From contig NZ_CP157942.1 in NCBI RefSeq assembly GCF_040207875.1, positions 467,001-499,000 of the forward strand: a stretch of DNA of 32,000 bases, given 5' to 3'. This document shows positions 8,702 through 18,356 of the stretch, in pieces (position 1 is the first letter of the stretch; each line of letters opens with the position of its first letter). The notes below the pieces were generated by a model. It had not been told where the DNA came from. It saw only the letters and a list, made by a program, of their open reading frames with translations, and searched no databases. Made by a program: the position numbers and the translations under genes. The stretch comes from Wolbachia endosymbiont of Armadillidium arcangelii. GTDB lineage: Bacteria > Pseudomonadota > Alphaproteobacteria > Rickettsiales > Anaplasmataceae.

Positions 8702-10129
8702 ATGTATAAATTAAGTAAATTAATTTTTACTAAACTAAAAAAAAATAGATATACAAAAATTATCACGCTATTCTCATTAATTCTTGTGATTTTGTTTAGC
8801 GTAATATATTGCAATTATTCATTAAGGAATAATTTTCTTTCTTCTTACCGTAATTCGAATGTAAACTTAAAAAATCTATTGGAAAGTAGTATAATAAAAA
8901 AATACCATTATTTACTAATAGAAAAGCATCATATTAAATACAACAGTTTTGACTACATAAACCAGCTGGTAAAACTGCGTGCTGAATTATTACAATCAGT
9001 GAGCAAAGTAAAGAATTTTAGCTTAATACTGTATGATCAAAATGCCAGAGTAATTTTCAGTAATTTTAATACTCAAGGTCATGATTATGAGCAGTTACTT
9101 ACAAACGATGAAATTGATAAGTTGCTAAACAATCAAGAAATATTTTATGCTACAGGAAATACATTAACTTCTACTTTTCCTATATTTCATGAAGGTGACA
9201 CTAAACCTTCGTTTTTTTTGAAGATTATTCAAAGCTATGATGACTCTTGTGTTGTGGTATATAGTTTGTTTTTAATATTCGTGGGCTTATTATCACTCAC
9301 CTTAATACTGATAATGCTTTATTTGCACTTTTCTAATACAGAAATGCTAGCCAAGCAGCATAAAACTAATATTGAATTACAACAGATTAAAGAGACATTA
9401 GAGCAGGAGAATGCAAACAAGTTAAAATTTTTTGCAAGCGTTACACATGAGTTGCGTACACCTCTTAATTCTATTATTGGATTTGCAAAGTTGATCAAAA
9501 ATGAAACTTTAGGTTCGGTAGATCACTCTCAATACAAGGAATATGTAGACGATATATATAATGCAGGTACGCATTTACTTGCTTTAATTAATGATGTACT
9601 CGATTTTTCTAAAGCTGAATCAAGTAGTTTAACGGTAGAGAAAGTGAAGTTTAACCTGAATAAGATAATAGATTCGTGCTTAAATATGCTATCACCTAAA
9701 CTAAAAGAAACAGGAATTAGTTTAAAGAAAGAGATATCTGATAAACAATTATTAGTTATCACCGATCCCAAAAGAATGAAGCAAGTTATAATAAATTTGT
9801 TATCAAATGCAATCAAATTCACTCCTAAAGGTGGTTTAATAAGAATGGTTATTAAAGAGAATATAGAAAAAAATTTATTAACTATAGAGTTTCATGATAA
9901 TGGGATAGGGATAATGCAGCAGGACATATATAAAGTCATGTCCGTTTTTGGCCAAGCAGATTCAGGATATAGGAGCGAAGGCACAGGTATTGGATTACCG
10001 CTAAGCAAGAAGTTAGTAGAGTTAATGGGTGGAACTTTCAACATTAAAAGTGAATCAAAATTTGGTACTACGATAACATTGAACTTCTTTTATGAAGAAC
10101 AAACATGTGAAGATTTGATTGATTTTTAG
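8702..10129 (+). CDS. membrane sensor histidine kinase (PleC-like architecture); no response regulator adjacent
   Basis: Two TM segments (ITLFSLILVILFSVIYC; VVVYSLFLIFVGLLSLTLILIMLYL). H-box FFASVTHELRTPLNSIIGF, N-box NLLSNAIKFTPKGG, G1 HDNGIGI, G2 GTGIGLPLSKKLVELMGG. SD-like GAAGGA lies upstream of the ATG. Confidence 0.9.
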   Translation: MYKLSKLIFTKLKKNRYTKIITLFSLILVILFSVIYCNYSLRNNFLSSYRNSNVNLKNLLESSIIKKYHYLLIEKHHIKYNSFDYINQLVKLRAELLQSVSKVKNFSLILYDQNARVIFSNFNTQGHDYEQLLTNDEIDKLLNNQEIFYATGNTLTSTFPIFHEGDTKPSFFLKIIQSYDDSCVVVYSLFLIFVGLLSLTLILIMLYLHFSNTEMLAKQHKTNIELQQIKETLEQENANKLKFFASVTHELRTPLNSIIGFAKLIKNETLGSVDHSQYKEYVDDIYNAGTHLLALINDVLDFSKAESSSLTVEKVKFNLNKIIDSCLNMLSPKLKETGISLKKEISDKQLLVITDPKRMKQVIINLLSNAIKFTPKGGLIRMVIKENIEKNLLTIEFHDNGIGIMQQDIYKVMSVFGQADSGYRSEGTGIGLPLSKKLVELMGGTFNIKSESKFGTTITLNFFYEEQTCEDLIDF

Positions 10130-10192
10130 TAGAATCTATTTGATATTGCACTTAAAAGTTACGTTATACATTCCTAAGTCATGCTACCATGG

Positions 10193-11498
10193 TATCAATT
10201 ATGTTTTTTTAAAAATTTTTTATTTGTGTAATTTTGCAAATTATATGGGCAATAAAAATCCGTGTGTAATAGAAATAAAATTTTATATCAAACAGCTGCC
10301 GTAACAATTTCTGTTTAGCTAATGAATATGTGCTTTAAGTCTGTGTGGACGGACATATTCATTAGCCAATTTCAGTCACCGTTGTGAGAGTATGCAAATT
10401 AATTGCTTCTTTAAGTCTTGCATTAGCAATTACTATAATTTTACGCATTAGAGCTTACCATCTTCAATAAGTTTAGAATAAAAGCCACCAAGTACAGATT
10501 TCGATTTTGCTGCAGCCATGGCTGATATAAAGAGCTTTATTACTTCTACCACCTTCGGTAACCAACAGCTTTACCACTTTCCTTAGGATGAGGTGCTACT
10601 CCGGCAAGACTTGCTACTTCTCTTCTGTTTAAGTAGCCAAGTTCTGGCATTAAACACAAAAAATCTTGAGATAATTTTTTACCTATTCCTGCTACCGTTC
10701 TAAGGATTTTTTGGCGCTTTTGTAACTCTGGATTTTCATCAATGATTTTTCGTATAGTATTATTGAGTGTATCTATTTGACTATTAAAGAATTCGATAGT
10801 TTTTTGACAACTTTCCCTTATATGGTCGTTTTCAGGTGCTTCCAGTCTACATTTCTCCTGAGTTCTCATTTGCGTAACGACGTTGACAAAGTGCAGCTAG
10901 AGTTGATTGTTCTTTTGACGTAGGTGCAAATAGAGAGAGAGTTCTATGGCGCATATTGAGCAAGAGCCATCGCATCTGATTTATCGGACTTTGCAAAAGT
11001 TCCGTGAGATAAAATAAAACTTTTTACTTTACGAGTATTAGCTCGATGTACTGCAATATTCTTGTTAACAAGAAAATGTGATAAACCAATTTTCCTGTAT
11101 TTTCCAAAGTTACTAAAGTATTAGGTAGAATATCTGAAAACTTTTGAAATAATTGTTGCCAACCAGCAGAATCATTGTCAAATTTGATAGCGTTCTTCTG
11201 TTTGTGGATTGCAACGACATTTTTGAATTTTCCGATGTCAATACCAATAAAATTTTGATAAGATGTAATCATGATAACCTCGATAGTTTTATTAATTTAA
11301 GATTGTAAATGGGTGCATACCACACAACTATTCAAACGTATCGAGAGATGGGCTAGTGTACCTTGATAACGACGGTTGTAATACCAATTTTCCCTCGGTT
11401 GCACATGCCCGTGATAGTTCTATTCCTATAGTGAGTAGAGTTATCTTCCCTCTTGTTCGTTTTATAACATATTTTTAACTTACAATCTCTTGGCTGCT
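10193..11498 (-). mobile_element. IS110-family insertion sequence, decayed copy of the element at 25531-26908
   Basis: Collinear at nucleotide level with 25531-26908 at both non-coding ends and through the transposase. The transposase is broken into ORFs 11024..11272 (MITSYQNFIGIDIGKFKNV...) and 10546..10869 (..ILRTVAGIGKKLSQ..VASLAGVAPHPKESGKAVGYRR). It also has internal deletions and has lost the normal stop. Confidence 0.85.
10318..10366 (-). other. subterminal stem-loop in the transposase-distal end of the decayed IS110 copy
   Basis: gctaatgaatatgt (10318-10331) pairs perfectly with acatattcattagc (10353-10366). It is the homologue of the hairpin at 25652-25696. Confidence 0.7.
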
Positions 11499-11599
11499 AA
11501 TAAGTAGTGGGATGTCAGTGAACTTAAATTACTTTAGCTATGCTTCCTGAAAACACTTTATACCTCTTTATTATAAAGAAAATTCCTTTATAATAAAGC

Positions 11600-12337
11600 A
11601 TGCTAATCAGGAACTTAATAAAACAAGCAACTCAAGTAGGAAATAGTGAAAACGTAATACGATATGTCGAATATCTCTATCAATTTGAGAAGTTTAGAAA
11701 TACATTAAACCTCACTTTGTCACTAATAAAGCAAAATAGACTCTCATTTGAGATATATCAAGAAGGATTAGTGGATATGGAAGAGGGAGTATGCAAGACA
11801 ATTCGATCTTCTGGTGTAAATAAGTATGTTATTGTGCTAAGAAGGTCAAATCCTTACATCATAGTACATGAACTTTCACATATGGTTGAAAATGAACTGG
11901 ACTTAAGATTAGAGCAAGAATTTCTCTATAAAGTTTATCAGGATATTGAGCAGAACTTAAAGCAGTCAAATATTCTGGTACAAAAAATTATTGGTCAAAT
12001 TATATTTAAAGAGATACAAGCTTACCAAATTCTAAAATCACGCGCATCTGAATTATTTGCACGCTATTTTGAGCTATTCGCTTGGGCTCAGGAGGTTTAT
12101 CCTAAAGATAAAGAGTATCTAATTCGCACTCAAGATTTAAACAAAGTATTTCTTGCTACTAACCAATGGAAAAAGAGCTATTTGGATCAACAAATAATGG
12201 AGAGAATAGATAAAGAAGTAAAGGAGTATAGCAACAAAACTGCCTTTAAAGATATAAACAAAGTACAAAGCAGTTGGACTAATAAATTTTCCCCGGGAGG
12301 CAAAAAATTTGGTTCTATATTTGGAGACAGTGATTAG
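11600..12337 (+). CDS. hypothetical protein with an HExxH zincin-like motif
   Basis: 245-aa ORF. The only recognisable signature is YVIVLRRSNPYIIVHELSHMVENE, a beta-strand followed by HExxH as in ImmA/IrrE- or SprT-like minimal metallopeptidases. The family is not identified. Confidence 0.55.
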   Translation: MLIRNLIKQATQVGNSENVIRYVEYLYQFEKFRNTLNLTLSLIKQNRLSFEIYQEGLVDMEEGVCKTIRSSGVNKYVIVLRRSNPYIIVHELSHMVENELDLRLEQEFLYKVYQDIEQNLKQSNILVQKIIGQIIFKEIQAYQILKSRASELFARYFELFAWAQEVYPKDKEYLIRTQDLNKVFLATNQWKKSYLDQQIMERIDKEVKEYSNKTAFKDINKVQSSWTNKFSPGGKKFGSIFGDSD

Positions 12338-12464
12338 ATTATAGCTAGATATTCTTCTACATTTACCATTACAGGTGGATCCACTAATGAGCAGTGGAAT
12401 TGTGATTTTCATTGACAAGGCAATTCTAGCATTTTAGAATGCAAGTAATGAAAATAATAAAGAG

Positions 12465-12914
12465 ATGCATGCAACTATAGGCTTTCCACTTGAGGTAAGT
12501 ATCAGAGATCTTATAATGAATATCCTAAGAAGTTCAACAAGCTCTGCTGTAGGGCGGTATAAACAATCAACAACATCTCTTAATGGTCTAAAAGTAACAG
12601 AAGAGGTAAAATTATCTGATGATTTTATTGATGTATTGATGGGAAGGGAAGTACAAATATCCCGCAATGCTGTCATAGCAAAGTGTAGCAGGATAATAAC
12701 GCGTGCAAATGGGGAAGAAATATCAGAAGAAAAAGAAATAAAATCCCAGGGATTTGTTACAGAACTTAAGGAAAAAATTCGAATATCTGGTAGAGAAAGT
12801 ATTGCAGAATGGGCTGCTGACTGGTTAATAGAAGGGTTTAAACAACAATTATTGCCATTGTCTGATCTGGAAGATGTTACTGTAGCTACAAGTCAGCAGA
12901 GTAGACAACAATAG
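12465..12914 (+). CDS. hypothetical protein (149 aa), same strand as and immediately downstream of the HExxH ORF
   Basis: ORF only, with no motif recognised. It is charged and probably helix-rich. The start is ambiguous (ATG 12465, or the internal ATG at codon 18). Confidence 0.4.
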   Translation: MHATIGFPLEVSIRDLIMNILRSSTSSAVGRYKQSTTSLNGLKVTEEVKLSDDFIDVLMGREVQISRNAVIAKCSRIITRANGEEISEEKEIKSQGFVTELKEKIRISGRESIAEWAADWLIEGFKQQLLPLSDLEDVTVATSQQSRQQ

Positions 12915-13021
12915 TAGAGTTAGGTGCCTTAGCTATAGTAGAGCAGATTGTTTTTAGCTTAAGTTATGTACGTTTTGCAGTTACAGCATTTCAAGGTATA
13001 GTTTTCACAATTAAAGTATTT

Positions 13022-14032
13022 ATGAAAACCATTTTAGCGGTTGAAACAAGTTGCGATGAAACTGCGGCAGCAATTGTAAATAGTAATAAGCAAGTTCTTG
13101 CTCACGAAATTCTTTCTCAGGCAGAGCATAAAAAATGCGGTGGGGTGATTCCTGAAGTAGCATCACGTGCTCATATGAAGCATTTAAGTGATCTAATAAA
13201 AAGTGCTATGGAAAAATCTAACCTTAACTTTTGTGATCTGAATGCAATTGCGGCAACATCAGGACCAGGGCTTATAGGTGGACTAATAATTGGTACAATG
13301 ATGGCTAAAGCAATTGCACATGTAGCACAAAAACCGTTCATTGCAGTTAATCACTTAGAAGCGCACGCATTAGTTGTTAGGCTACTGTATAAGGTTGAAT
13401 TTCCGTTTTTAGTCCTACTGATATCAGGTGGCCACTGTCAATTTTTAATTGCACAGGATGTAGGTAAATATATTAAACTTGGGGAAACACTCGATGATTC
13501 ACTGGGTGAAGCGTTTGATAAAGTTGCTAAGATGCTAGGCCTAAGCTATCCGGGAGGTCCATTGATTGAAGAGTTAGCTAAAAAAGGTGATGGTATGAGA
13601 TTTAAGCTGCCAAGAGCAATGATAAAACGCTCTGGATGTGACTTCTCATTTTCTGGAATTAAAACAGCAGTAAAAAACTTAGTGAAAGAGCTTGCAATGA
13701 GCAAGCAAGATGTTTGTGATGTGTGCGCCTCGTTTCAAGAGTGTATTAGCGACATATTAATCGATAGGGTCAAAAATGCGATTATTATTACTGTATCTTT
13801 AAATATTAAAATCAATGATTTTGTAATTACTGGTGGAGTTGCAGCAAATAATTTCCTGAAAGAGAGATTAAAAAAGCACATAGACTTGAACGTGCTTTCT
13901 CCTCCAAGCAATTTATGTACAGACAATGCAGTGATGATTGGATGGACAGGAATTGAAAGGTTACAGAGAAACTATGTAGACTCTCTTGACTTTGCACCAA
14001 GGCCAAAGTGGGAATTAGAAAAATATTACTAG
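13022..14032 (+). CDS. tsaD: tRNA N6-adenosine threonylcarbamoyltransferase TsaD (Gcp/Kae1 family)
   Basis: ILAVETSCDETAAAIV, GGVIPEVASRAHMKHL, AVNHLEAHAL, LLISGGHCQ, GEAFDKVAKMLGLSYPGGP, and GGVAANNFL near the C-terminus. Confidence 0.95.
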   Translation: MKTILAVETSCDETAAAIVNSNKQVLAHEILSQAEHKKCGGVIPEVASRAHMKHLSDLIKSAMEKSNLNFCDLNAIAATSGPGLIGGLIIGTMMAKAIAHVAQKPFIAVNHLEAHALVVRLLYKVEFPFLVLLISGGHCQFLIAQDVGKYIKLGETLDDSLGEAFDKVAKMLGLSYPGGPLIEELAKKGDGMRFKLPRAMIKRSGCDFSFSGIKTAVKNLVKELAMSKQDVCDVCASFQECISDILIDRVKNAIIITVSLNIKINDFVITGGVAANNFLKERLKKHIDLNVLSPPSNLCTDNAVMIGWTGIERLQRNYVDSLDFAPRPKWELEKYY

Positions 14033-14138
14033 CACAAAAAATTATCTATTATATAATGCGGCCGCTGGTGAATTTTTGTAGGCTTAAAAATTACAGTGGT
14101 ATCTACTAAAGCCTTATTCACTACCGGCATTATTATTT

Positions 14139-17100
14139 ATGAGGTACAGTATGTTCAAAAATAAATTTGACACAGTTACTAATGTTTTCAAAGCTAAATC
14201 TAGTACAAGCGCAAAGACACTCAGTTCAGGTTTATTTACTGCGGGAACCATTGGTATGGCCGGAGCAATTAGTGAGATAGACCTCTTATTACAAGGCAAT
14301 TCAGAAGATAAAGTCAATAAGCAAGACCTAATAATCATATATGATTATATTAATAAAGTAACTCAAGAAGAAAACTATAATATATATACTAATAATCTTG
14401 ATCATATAAAAAGCAGGATTTCAGCAGAAAATATAAGAGGTTTATTAGCTGAAAAATTTCGTCAAGATGGATGGAATATAACAAGTAATGATGGTTCTTC
14501 GCTATTAACAGTGGCTATTGAAAGAATTAGAGAAAGACGAAATAAAAACAGGGATTGTGATATTCATGTTCAAATAGCTGTATCTCTAATTCTTAATATG
14601 AAGAGAGAGTTGATTATAGGACTAGAGAATTTTGCAGACAGTAACGGTAAAACGCTTCTACATTACTTAGCCGAGTCGGGTAAAGAAGATGTTTTACTTT
14701 TTGTGATAGAAAGTTCTAATTTTGACATTAAAGAAGCAGTAAGGAGTGAAGATAGAGGTGGTAAAACACCACTACATTATGCGGCTAAATTTGGCAATGA
14801 AGAATGCTTTAAAACTCTCATGGAAAATGAGGCACATTTTACTAGTACTATCAATTATAAGAGTGAATTGCACTATGCTGCTAGAAGCGGAAGTTTTAGC
14901 CTCCTAGGGTATTTAGAAAAAGTACTTACAGCAAGAGGAATTTTTGATAGGGAGAGAATTAAAAAAGATAGATATGGAAATAACGCATTACACTTTGCTG
15001 CACAATCTGGGAATGCTGAGTGCATAAAGTTCTTCATCGATAATCGAGTAAAATTTTTAAACAATCAATATCATGAGAATCCTTTGCATAAAATTGCAGG
15101 TAACTCAGAAACTCAAGATTCAGAAACCCAAGATAATGCTATAAATTTTCTTATAGAGCATTCAAAATTGTTAGGTCAACTAAAAAGTGATATTAATCAA
15201 AAAGATGTAGATGGTAACACCCCATTGCATATAGCTGCACAGCATGGAAATAAACAATTAATAGAACTGTTTAGTAGATTAGGTGCAAAAATTGTTATGA
15301 ATAAGCAAGATAACACCCCCTTACATATTGCTATTATGCATGGTAATGCAGATTGTATAGAGCTATTTCATGAAAATAGAGAAGATATTCTTGAATCTAA
15401 AGGTGAGCATGGAAGAAATCTTGTACATTTGGCTGCAATGTACGGGCAGTTTGATTGTCTACATTTTTTACTCAATAAATTCCCTAATCATAATTTAAAC
15501 ACAAAGACAAGCAAAGGAAATACAGCATTACACTTAGCTCTGTTGAAAAGTACAGAGCTAGAGTCAAGAAAACAATGTGTAATTCTGTTAATAGATAGAG
15601 GTATGCAAGTAAATGAGAGTAATAATGAAGGAAGCACCCCTTTACATTTTGCTGCTCAACTCGTTGGTCTAGAGTTTTTGAGCGTGATAGAAGGAGAGTT
15701 AAAAAAACAGAAAATCGACGTTCACCAGGAGATTTTGCGTAAGAACCAAAGCGGTAACACAGCTTTTCATATGGCAGCGTGTGTTGGCAATAAATCATGC
15801 CTTGAGCACCTTTTCACTCTTATACAGGAAAAGGGAGTAAGAGAAATATTAAGTAAGGAGAATAAGGATGGACAAACTTTACTACACTTATCTATGTTAA
15901 GTGGAAGCATGGAATGCGTTGAGTATTTGATGCAAAAGAGCCAAATTGATATTTTTTCGGAGCAAAATACGCAAAAAAAGTTGCTATTTGCAGCTATTTT
16001 GAGCGGTAATAAGGAATGTCTTGAATTTTTAGCGGAGGAAAGCCTTGTAAATAGAAACATGGCTGATAGCATTGGAGTGTTATTTTCTTATAATGATGAA
16101 AATGACAATACACCGTTACACATGGCTGCTCTTGCCGACGGCATAGGATGTTCTCAGTATATTATTGAAAGTGTTTCTAAGTTGACTAGGCTGGATATTA
16201 GTAGCACGACAAAAATTCACCTACTCTTTAACACAAACATTCATGGGCTTACACCTCTACACTTAGCTGCTATGAGCCTTAATGCTGAGGTAATAAAATA
16301 TTTCATGAAAGATAATTATCCCTATGCTGAGAAAACGTTGAATATTTTATCTAAATCTGGAAGAACACCATTACACTACCTTGTAATGAATGATAATGAT
16401 TTTGAAAGAATTGTAGATGAGGATTTTAAACAAGATCGCTTCTTGAAAAGCATAGTTTTAGAAAAGCGTAAGCAGAATGAGCATTTCAGAGAGAAAGCTA
16501 TCAATGCCTTATTCTGCTTAACAATGAATGACACAAAGAAAGTTATAAGTGAGAAAATAGATTTTGATATAAAAGATAATGCAGGAAAAACAGCCCTAGA
16601 TTATTCTCTTGAACATAGCGATACAAGTATCTTGAGGTTATTTTTAGATGTTTTTTATGAAATAAAGAAGGACAGAAAAAGAAAATATGATAAATTTGAG
16701 ATAGATTATCAAGAGAAACAGGAAATGGTTTCACGCATCACTAACGTGCTTACACCAATAGCAAGTATTACTATTTCGTCTTGCGTTCTATTCGATCAGT
16801 CAGAATCTGAAGTGAAAAAATTTTTTACTTATATTTCTATTGCCTGTTCTTTAATATCACTTGTACTTTTCTTGTCTAATTTAGTAATTAGTCGTCGAAA
16901 AGAACCACTTAAGAATGACATAAAAAACTATACTGAAAAAATAGACGGAATTGAAGAGATAACAGGAAAATCAGCCGAGACAAAAGTAGAAGTCCATGAT
17001 TTGGAAGGATACAGTACAATAAGGAATGCAGAAGACATTTCAGAATTGAAAAGTACGCTTAATAATTTTATGAATGCAGTTGACTTAAAGAATAGAGACA

Positions 17101-17243
17101 AACCCAATATGCCTTCTCAAAAAATGAGCAGGCATGATAGCGTAGCACAATGTTCAGATAAGTCTTTAGCGAGCAGAAGAAATTCATCTTTTCTGAATGA
17201 TGTAACAAAAAAAGTTTGGTCAGTATGTAAGACGCAACAGTAG
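14139..17243 (+). CDS. ankyrin-repeat protein (~17 ANK repeats) with two C-terminal transmembrane helices and a Ser-rich tail
   Basis: Repeated G-x-TPLH-x-AA-x-x-G units, e.g. GKTPLHYAAKFGNEECFKTLME, GNTPLHIAAQHGNKQLIELF, DNTPLHIAIMHGNADCIELF, GSTPLHFAAQL and GLTPLHLAAMSLNAEVIKYF. Hydrophobic segments VLTPIASITISSCVLF and FFTYISIACSLISLVLFLSNLVI lie near aa 870-915. The start could be ATG 14139 or 14151. Confidence 0.93.
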   Translation: MRYSMFKNKFDTVTNVFKAKSSTSAKTLSSGLFTAGTIGMAGAISEIDLLLQGNSEDKVNKQDLIIIYDYINKVTQEENYNIYTNNLDHIKSRISAENIRGLLAEKFRQDGWNITSNDGSSLLTVAIERIRERRNKNRDCDIHVQIAVSLILNMKRELIIGLENFADSNGKTLLHYLAESGKEDVLLFVIESSNFDIKEAVRSEDRGGKTPLHYAAKFGNEECFKTLMENEAHFTSTINYKSELHYAARSGSFSLLGYLEKVLTARGIFDRERIKKDRYGNNALHFAAQSGNAECIKFFIDNRVKFLNNQYHENPLHKIAGNSETQDSETQDNAINFLIEHSKLLGQLKSDINQKDVDGNTPLHIAAQHGNKQLIELFSRLGAKIVMNKQDNTPLHIAIMHGNADCIELFHENREDILESKGEHGRNLVHLAAMYGQFDCLHFLLNKFPNHNLNTKTSKGNTALHLALLKSTELESRKQCVILLIDRGMQVNESNNEGSTPLHFAAQLVGLEFLSVIEGELKKQKIDVHQEILRKNQSGNTAFHMAACVGNKSCLEHLFTLIQEKGVREILSKENKDGQTLLHLSMLSGSMECVEYLMQKSQIDIFSEQNTQKKLLFAAILSGNKECLEFLAEESLVNRNMADSIGVLFSYNDENDNTPLHMAALADGIGCSQYIIESVSKLTRLDISSTTKIHLLFNTNIHGLTPLHLAAMSLNAEVIKYFMKDNYPYAEKTLNILSKSGRTPLHYLVMNDNDFERIVDEDFKQDRFLKSIVLEKRKQNEHFREKAINALFCLTMNDTKKVISEKIDFDIKDNAGKTALDYSLEHSDTSILRLFLDVFYEIKKDRKRKYDKFEIDYQEKQEMVSRITNVLTPIASITISSCVLFDQSESEVKKFFTYISIACSLISLVLFLSNLVISRRKEPLKNDIKNYTEKIDGIEEITGKSAETKVEVHDLEGYSTIRNAEDISELKSTLNNFMNAVDLKNRDKPNMPSQKMSRHDSVAQCSDKSLASRRNSSFLNDVTKKVWSVCKTQQ

Positions 17244-17256
17244 AGTACAAGATACA

Positions 17257-18111
17257 ATGGACAGATGTGATAGTGCGTCATGTTTAATTACTATAGAAGA
17301 ACATTCAAAAAGTAAACAAGAAGCTTCGCAAAGCAAATTAAAGGCTGTGATAAACAAGCTAAGAGCAGCTAATGTTTTTAGGAAGAAGGAAAATGTGGTT
17401 GATACATCAAGCTTATCAGAAAGTGCTGCAAAAAGGGATGAAGAAGAGTATGGGTTAATAAAGCGGTTTGCTGATACCCATGAGTACTCAATATTTTCGA
17501 TTCCTCCAAATTGCTCAACCTCAGGAGAAGAGTTTGGTACCACTGATAGAGCAGCGCGTCGTGTGAGTTATGGTAGTGTAAATAAGCTACCTCCTGTGAG
17601 CGAGGATGGAGCTAGTAAATTTCCGTCTGCAACACTTTCTAGCCCTGGGGCGGTTACCATTAAAGAAGCAGACTTTTTTGAAGTGGAATATAGGCCAAGG
17701 GTGCAATCAAATCCGTCTTATATGACGAAAAAAAAGTTCGTAGGTAAATTACCAAAATCTAAGACATCTTTTGATTGTATAGGAAAGGGAAGGGACTCAG
17801 TATTTTCAACTTTTTCTAATCCAAATTGCTCAACCTCTATAAGAGAAGAGTTTAGTACTGCTGGTACAGGTAATAGAACAGTTCATCGTATGAGTTATGT
17901 TAGTGCAAATAAGCTATTTTCTGTGAGCGAGGAAGAAGTTCCACGCACAACGCTTTCTAGTTCTGTAGCGGAGGTTGCTATTAAGGAAGCAGACCGTTTT
18001 CAAGAGGAATATGGTAGATCAAGAACGTATTCAAGTCCAGCTTCTATGAGCAGAAGAGAAACTGCACGTAGAGTATTGAAATCTAGAATATCTTCTGATT
18101 ATAGACTTTGA
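17257..18111 (+). CDS. hypothetical Ser/Glu/Lys-rich protein containing an internal ~80-aa duplication
   Basis: 284-aa ORF starting 14 nt after the ankyrin gene stop. Module A (nt 17488-17724) and module B (nt 17800-18048) share PNCSTS..EEF.T......R(V/M)SY.S.NKL..VSE......TLSS....V.IKEAD.F..EY.R. Confidence 0.6.
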   Translation: MDRCDSASCLITIEEHSKSKQEASQSKLKAVINKLRAANVFRKKENVVDTSSLSESAAKRDEEEYGLIKRFADTHEYSIFSIPPNCSTSGEEFGTTDRAARRVSYGSVNKLPPVSEDGASKFPSATLSSPGAVTIKEADFFEVEYRPRVQSNPSYMTKKKFVGKLPKSKTSFDCIGKGRDSVFSTFSNPNCSTSIREEFSTAGTGNRTVHRMSYVSANKLFSVSEEEVPRTTLSSSVAEVAIKEADRFQEEYGRSRTYSSPASMSRRETARRVLKSRISSDYRL

Positions 18112-18356
18112 CCAAGATCGGAGGAATAGCAGACATTCTAGTGAATCATTGCTAGGTAGTAGATAAAGAAATAATTGGCAAGGCTATCATCGTATAGTAA
18201 AAATGAATTTGATAGTCTTGCTAAACTTCCATAAGAAAGTTTATATTTGCATATGTTAATATTTTATTATATTAATGATAGGGTAAGGCAATAGCTATTA
18301 ATACTTTCGAAATAAAAATTATATATGGTGCATACAGTTAAGTTAAAAGGAAGATT

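Noticed and set aside
10119-10304. 61-aa + ORF overlapping the histidine kinase stop
   Set aside because: It runs across the boundary into the IS110 relic's non-coding end. The sequence is low-complexity and AT-driven.
12137-12676. Minus-strand ORFs 12137..12418 and 12434..12676
   Set aside because: They are antisense to the two + strand hypothetical ORFs and are shorter. With no similarity evidence either way this is a weak rejection based only on length and on co-orientation with tsaD.
14873-17543. Several 60-107-aa minus-strand ORFs within the ankyrin gene and the 284-aa gene (14873.., 15484.., 15767.., 16543.., 17068.., 17220..)
   Set aside because: All are antisense to long ORFs with clear ankyrin repeats or duplicated modules. 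None has a motif of its own.
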